Source of the DNA: Alphaproteobacteria bacterium | GTDB taxonomy: Bacteria; Pseudomonadota; Alphaproteobacteria; Rs-D84 | Assembly: GCA_017616785.1 (NCBI GenBank) | Contig: JAFZXK010000005.1 | Coordinates: forward strand, 7,906-71,905 | Direction of reading: 5' to 3' | DNA length: 64,000 bases | Shown: piece after piece, positions 60,620-64,000 of the stretch | Layout: each line of letters starts with the position of its first letter | Position numbering within the stretch: position 1 is the first letter of the stretch | Translations under genes and position numbers: made by a program | Notes under the pieces: generated by a model | Database searches by the model: none | What the model was told of the DNA's origin: nothing | Seen by the model: the letters and a program-made list of their open reading frames with translations, nothing else

Positions 60620-61474
60620 CTATCTCCACTTAGCCTTAAACACGGGGATAAAACCAAATAAATAAACCCAACGCGATTTGATTTTAAACAGTGGTATAAT
60701 GCCAAATAATGAGCAACGAAACGACGTCCTCTTTGACACATACCTTTTATACGCAATATCATACGCCAAAAATTTATTTACGATGTATAATTGAATTTCG
60801 TGATGCGCCCGTGACATTTGCGCACTTTGAATATATGTAGTATTACCAGAAAAAAACCGATACTTTACCAAAACTTTTTGGATATTATAAAACAAAGTAT
60901 GTTCCATCAATCGCGCAAACAAACGATAATCTTCGGCAGGCGAAAAATAACTTTCGTACCTTATATTATTTTCATCCAACACCGATTTTCGCATCATACA
61001 CGCCGTATGTGAAACAGAACAATTATCCGTCATTCGCATTTTTATATCCGCATCATATTCAGGAAAATTCCATACAATTCCACTTTTTTTACCAAAAAAG
61101 TCCATTTGGCCCGAAACGACCCCAACATCTGGATTTTTGTCCAAGAATTCGATCTCTTGTTCCAAACGATCCGGCATAGATATGTCGTCATGGTCAAAAA
61201 TCGCGATATATTCCCCACGCGCCATATTCAGCAATTTGTTGCGCGATGCGGAAATTCCAAGATTTTTCTCATTTTTTATATATGTGATTCTTTCATCAGT
61301 ATATGACTTAACAATCTTGTCCAACTCAATATTTTCCGGTGAATCATTTAGGATTATAAACTCAAAATCCGTAAAAGTTTGTCCTAAAATGCTTTCGATA
61401 CATTCACGCAAATGTTGCGGATTTGTGTTATAAATTGGGGTTAAAACCGACACCCGGGGCGCTTTTACAGACAT
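60620..61474 (-). CDS. Glycosyltransferase family 2
   Basis: RVSVLTPIYN, FDHDDIS, AEDYRLF. Confidence 0.9.
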   Translation of the reverse strand: MSVKAPRVSVLTPIYNTNPQHLRECIESILGQTFTDFEFIILNDSPENIELDKIVKSYTDERITYIKNEKNLGISASRNKLLNMARGEYIAIFDHDDISMPDRLEQEIEFLDKNPDVGVVSGQMDFFGKKSGIVWNFPEYDADIKMRMTDNCSVSHTACMMRKSVLDENNIRYESYFSPAEDYRLFARLMEHTLFYNIQKVLVKYRFFSGNTTYIQSAQMSRAHHEIQLYIVNKFLAYDIAYKRYVSKRTSFRCSLFGIIPLFKIKSRWVYLFGFIPVFKAKWR

Positions 61475-61630
61475 CTTGTATTTCCTGTGATTTAACGCCC
61501 TGAGTTTGCCACCTTTTGTAACAAAATTCAAGTGATAAATAAGCAATCTGGGGTAAAGGTTAGAATTTTGTGGTATTTCCAAAAAAATAGAGTAATATGT
61601 GCCTAACAAAACAGATAAGAGGTAAATAAA

Positions 61631-62074
61631 ATGGCAGAAGATAATTACGCAGAAGATTTAATTAAAACAGTTCAATTGTTATTAGAAAATCCATCTGTAT
61701 ATGTTATAAAAGGGCGCACTATAGAGGCCACAGAACACTTTAAAGTGAATCACATAGACATACCATTTGACACCGTCACTTATAGTTATTCAGTTATGAA
61801 CGGTCCAGAACTTGTCTTTGAAGTTATTAAATGGTGCAGGATCACAAACCGAGAAAAATTCGGAACCAATATAATTTATCGTTTAAATGACTCGGATGGC
61901 AAGATGCTGGACGTACCAGCAAATTGTAAAAAACAAATATATGAAGATGTTAGTGAGAAACAATGCGCTGTTGTATATAGTGGTACCAAAACCGGATCAC
62001 AGCAATTGTACCCGCCAAAAGAAACTATTTTCTTGAATAAGTTACATTCCTTGGTCAACACCCGCGAACAGTAA
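61631..62074 (+). CDS. Hypothetical protein
   Basis: SD gaggt; 147 aa ORF. Confidence 0.7.
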   Translation: MAEDNYAEDLIKTVQLLLENPSVYVIKGRTIEATEHFKVNHIDIPFDTVTYSYSVMNGPELVFEVIKWCRITNREKFGTNIIYRLNDSDGKMLDVPANCKKQIYEDVSEKQCAVVYSGTKTGSQQLYPPKETIFLNKLHSLVNTREQ

Positions 62075-62089
62075 AAAAAATTTTTAGAA

Positions 62090-62692
62090 ATGCCACATTA
62101 TTATTATCAAAAATACCCGTATTTGAATTATAACTATCGCGATACAGATGGCTTCATTTGGACCATGTTTTCAATACCGCCCGAAATGTTGGTGGCGGAA
62201 TTTGCAAATACATTTGGGCGGCCACCCAAAACTTTCTTTGATTGCGGTGCCGCCACCGGGGTTATTGTTTGGCGTGCCGAAAGGATGGGCATGGACGCGC
62301 GTGGCATAGATATAAAAAAATACCCGTATCAATGCAGTTGTTATGACGAATTATTTAAAAATGGGAAAATACAGATTAAATCCATACTGGACAGCGAACC
62401 AATTATTGCGGATTTGGTATTCTGTAACGGCACATTGACGTACTTTACCGAAGATGAATTGGCACAAGTTTTGGATAAATTCCGCCCCTGCAAGATGCTT
62501 TGTGCGATACATAACACAACCGAAGATGTTGATGCGGCTAAGGCCAATGGCGATGAATTGACCACTTGCAATAAACCGCGCCTTATTCGACCGCGGCAAT
62601 GGTGGATGGATACGTTTGCCCAGAACGGATTCAGCCCCAGATACGCCGCACATTTACAATGTTTCTGTGCCACGCCGGTTCGCAGCGCATAA
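62090..62692 (+). CDS. Class I SAM-dependent methyltransferase-like protein
   Basis: FFDCGAATG, RGIDI, DLVFCNGTLTYF. Confidence 0.7.
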   Translation: MPHYYYQKYPYLNYNYRDTDGFIWTMFSIPPEMLVAEFANTFGRPPKTFFDCGAATGVIVWRAERMGMDARGIDIKKYPYQCSCYDELFKNGKIQIKSILDSEPIIADLVFCNGTLTYFTEDELAQVLDKFRPCKMLCAIHNTTEDVDAAKANGDELTTCNKPRLIRPRQWWMDTFAQNGFSPRYAAHLQCFCATPVRSA

Positions 62693-62754
62693 ATTACAAT
62701 TTATTCCCAATGAAAAATATGCTATAATTCCCAAGACAAATTACAGGGATAAAT

Positions 62755-63915
62755 ATGAATACCAAGGATAACCCAAAGTTTTTGCGATGGTTTAATTTTT
62801 TTAGTTATTTTATATTTTCATCGCCAATTTTGGTTTTGTTTTTTAATTCTGTACTGGACAATTATGCACTGTCTATGACGATATATGCCGCGCAAAGCAT
62901 ATCTTGTTCGTTGCTGGAAATACCGTTTGGCATTATATCGGACAGAATTGGGCGCAAGAACATAATGGTCCTGGGCGCGATTACACGACTATTGTGCTTT
63001 ATTATCTGGGCAATGTCATACAGTTTTGTGCCATTATTACTGGGGGCAATTATCGGCGGTGCATCAGATGCGCTGGCCAGTGGAAACAACGATGCACTGT
63101 TATATGACAGTTTGTGCGACACGAAACAAAAAAAATCATACCACAAAATCTATGCCAGAATAACATCGTATTATCAATTTGCATTATTCATGGGATCCAT
63201 GATTGGGGCGGTGGTCGCATTTTATTCAATGCGTCTGGCCATTATATTGAACATTTTGCCATTGACGATTGCGCTGGGGCTGTCTTTGGCTATTGTTGAA
63301 CCCAGATGCAAAACATCATCCGAAACATCATTCATCAGGCAATTTATTGCCGCAATAAAGAACCTGTGGCAGAACCGCAGGTTAAGATATGTTGCCGCAG
63401 GGGACGGATTGAACTATGGATTAAATGAATCCGCATACAGTTTCAACAGCATATTTATATCGCAATTCGTGCCAGTCTGGGCATTGGGTATATTCAAATC
63501 ATTGGGGCATTTACTGAACAGCATCGGCGCACATTTATCAAGCATTTTTGCACGAAAGATAGGAATCAATAAAACCGCGTGCTATGGATTGGTTGCCGAT
63601 AATTTTATGAACATTGTGTCGGTATTATGCAACAGCATATGGACTCCGATTGTGCGCCTGGCATCGCCATTGGCCGAGGGTGTATATAGTCCGGCAATAA
63701 ACACCATAACCCAGAACGAAATCCCCAGCAAGATTCGCGCAACAACATTGTCCATTGCATCGATTTTCGGCAGTTTATGTTATTCCGGCGCAGCGATATT
63801 CATCGGATACCTGGCCGACATAACTTCGCCATATTGGGCATTGCTTGCCGCATATTCAATAGCAATGATGGTGGATTCGCTGGTGTTTGTTGGATTAAAA
63901 TACAGATCAAAGTGA
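62755..63915 (+). CDS. MFS transporter
   Basis: LEIPFGIISDRIGRK motif A; about 12 TM segments. Confidence 0.9.
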   Translation: MNTKDNPKFLRWFNFFSYFIFSSPILVLFFNSVLDNYALSMTIYAAQSISCSLLEIPFGIISDRIGRKNIMVLGAITRLLCFIIWAMSYSFVPLLLGAIIGGASDALASGNNDALLYDSLCDTKQKKSYHKIYARITSYYQFALFMGSMIGAVVAFYSMRLAIILNILPLTIALGLSLAIVEPRCKTSSETSFIRQFIAAIKNLWQNRRLRYVAAGDGLNYGLNESAYSFNSIFISQFVPVWALGIFKSLGHLLNSIGAHLSSIFARKIGINKTACYGLVADNFMNIVSVLCNSIWTPIVRLASPLAEGVYSPAINTITQNEIPSKIRATTLSIASIFGSLCYSGAAIFIGYLADITSPYWALLAAYSIAMMVDSLVFVGLKYRSK

Positions 63916-64000
63916 CAACCAGTAAGGCGGAATTGTGTGAAACATGAAAAATCTTTTCATATTTCACACAAAGTCCTTGACTTGTGCGGATTTTATGGTT

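Overview
Chromosomal segment of a small-genome alphaproteobacterium (DUF1013/TrcR, DUF2155, TipN/GPR-like protein and the rpsP-rimM-trmD-rplS order point to Alphaproteobacteria; an uncultured gut Rs-D84/Enterousia-like lineage is my inference). The backbone is housekeeping (pfkA, rpsP-rimM-trmD-rplS, tsaD, xseA, recN, split addA, rpoD, cysS, xerC, trpS, rpsD, rpoZ, mtaB, smpB, tatD, holB, dacA, corA, adk, rpsA, tRNA-Gly, tRNA-Ser) plus a glycosyltransferase cluster. Most notable signals: (1) three sequence-divergent but structurally covarying 170-220 nt leader RNAs (42751-42957, 44690-44860, 50379-50595). Each has its own promoter, a long P1 stem closing a multibranch junction, a terminator-like hairpin and a conserved alternative anti-terminator pairing, resembling phage c4/ash-type antisense leaders but driving non-phage genes. 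(2) Small integrase-free gene cassettes flanked by direct repeats that look like two different alleles of the target gene (corA 5' end, tatD 3' end, PQ-loop promoter); two of these cassettes carry the leader RNA. (3) Ten orphan proteins ending in [Q/S/G/N]-Arg-stop, a candidate secretion signal. (4) REP/RPE-like palindromes inside a signal-peptide coding region. (5) A polymorphic-toxin-like giant protein with an AT-rich HExxH-containing C-terminus. (6) Duplicated inverted copies of the tRNA-Ser 3' end. (7) A lone T7-like tail-fibre gene. All structures were folded by eye and need computational confirmation.
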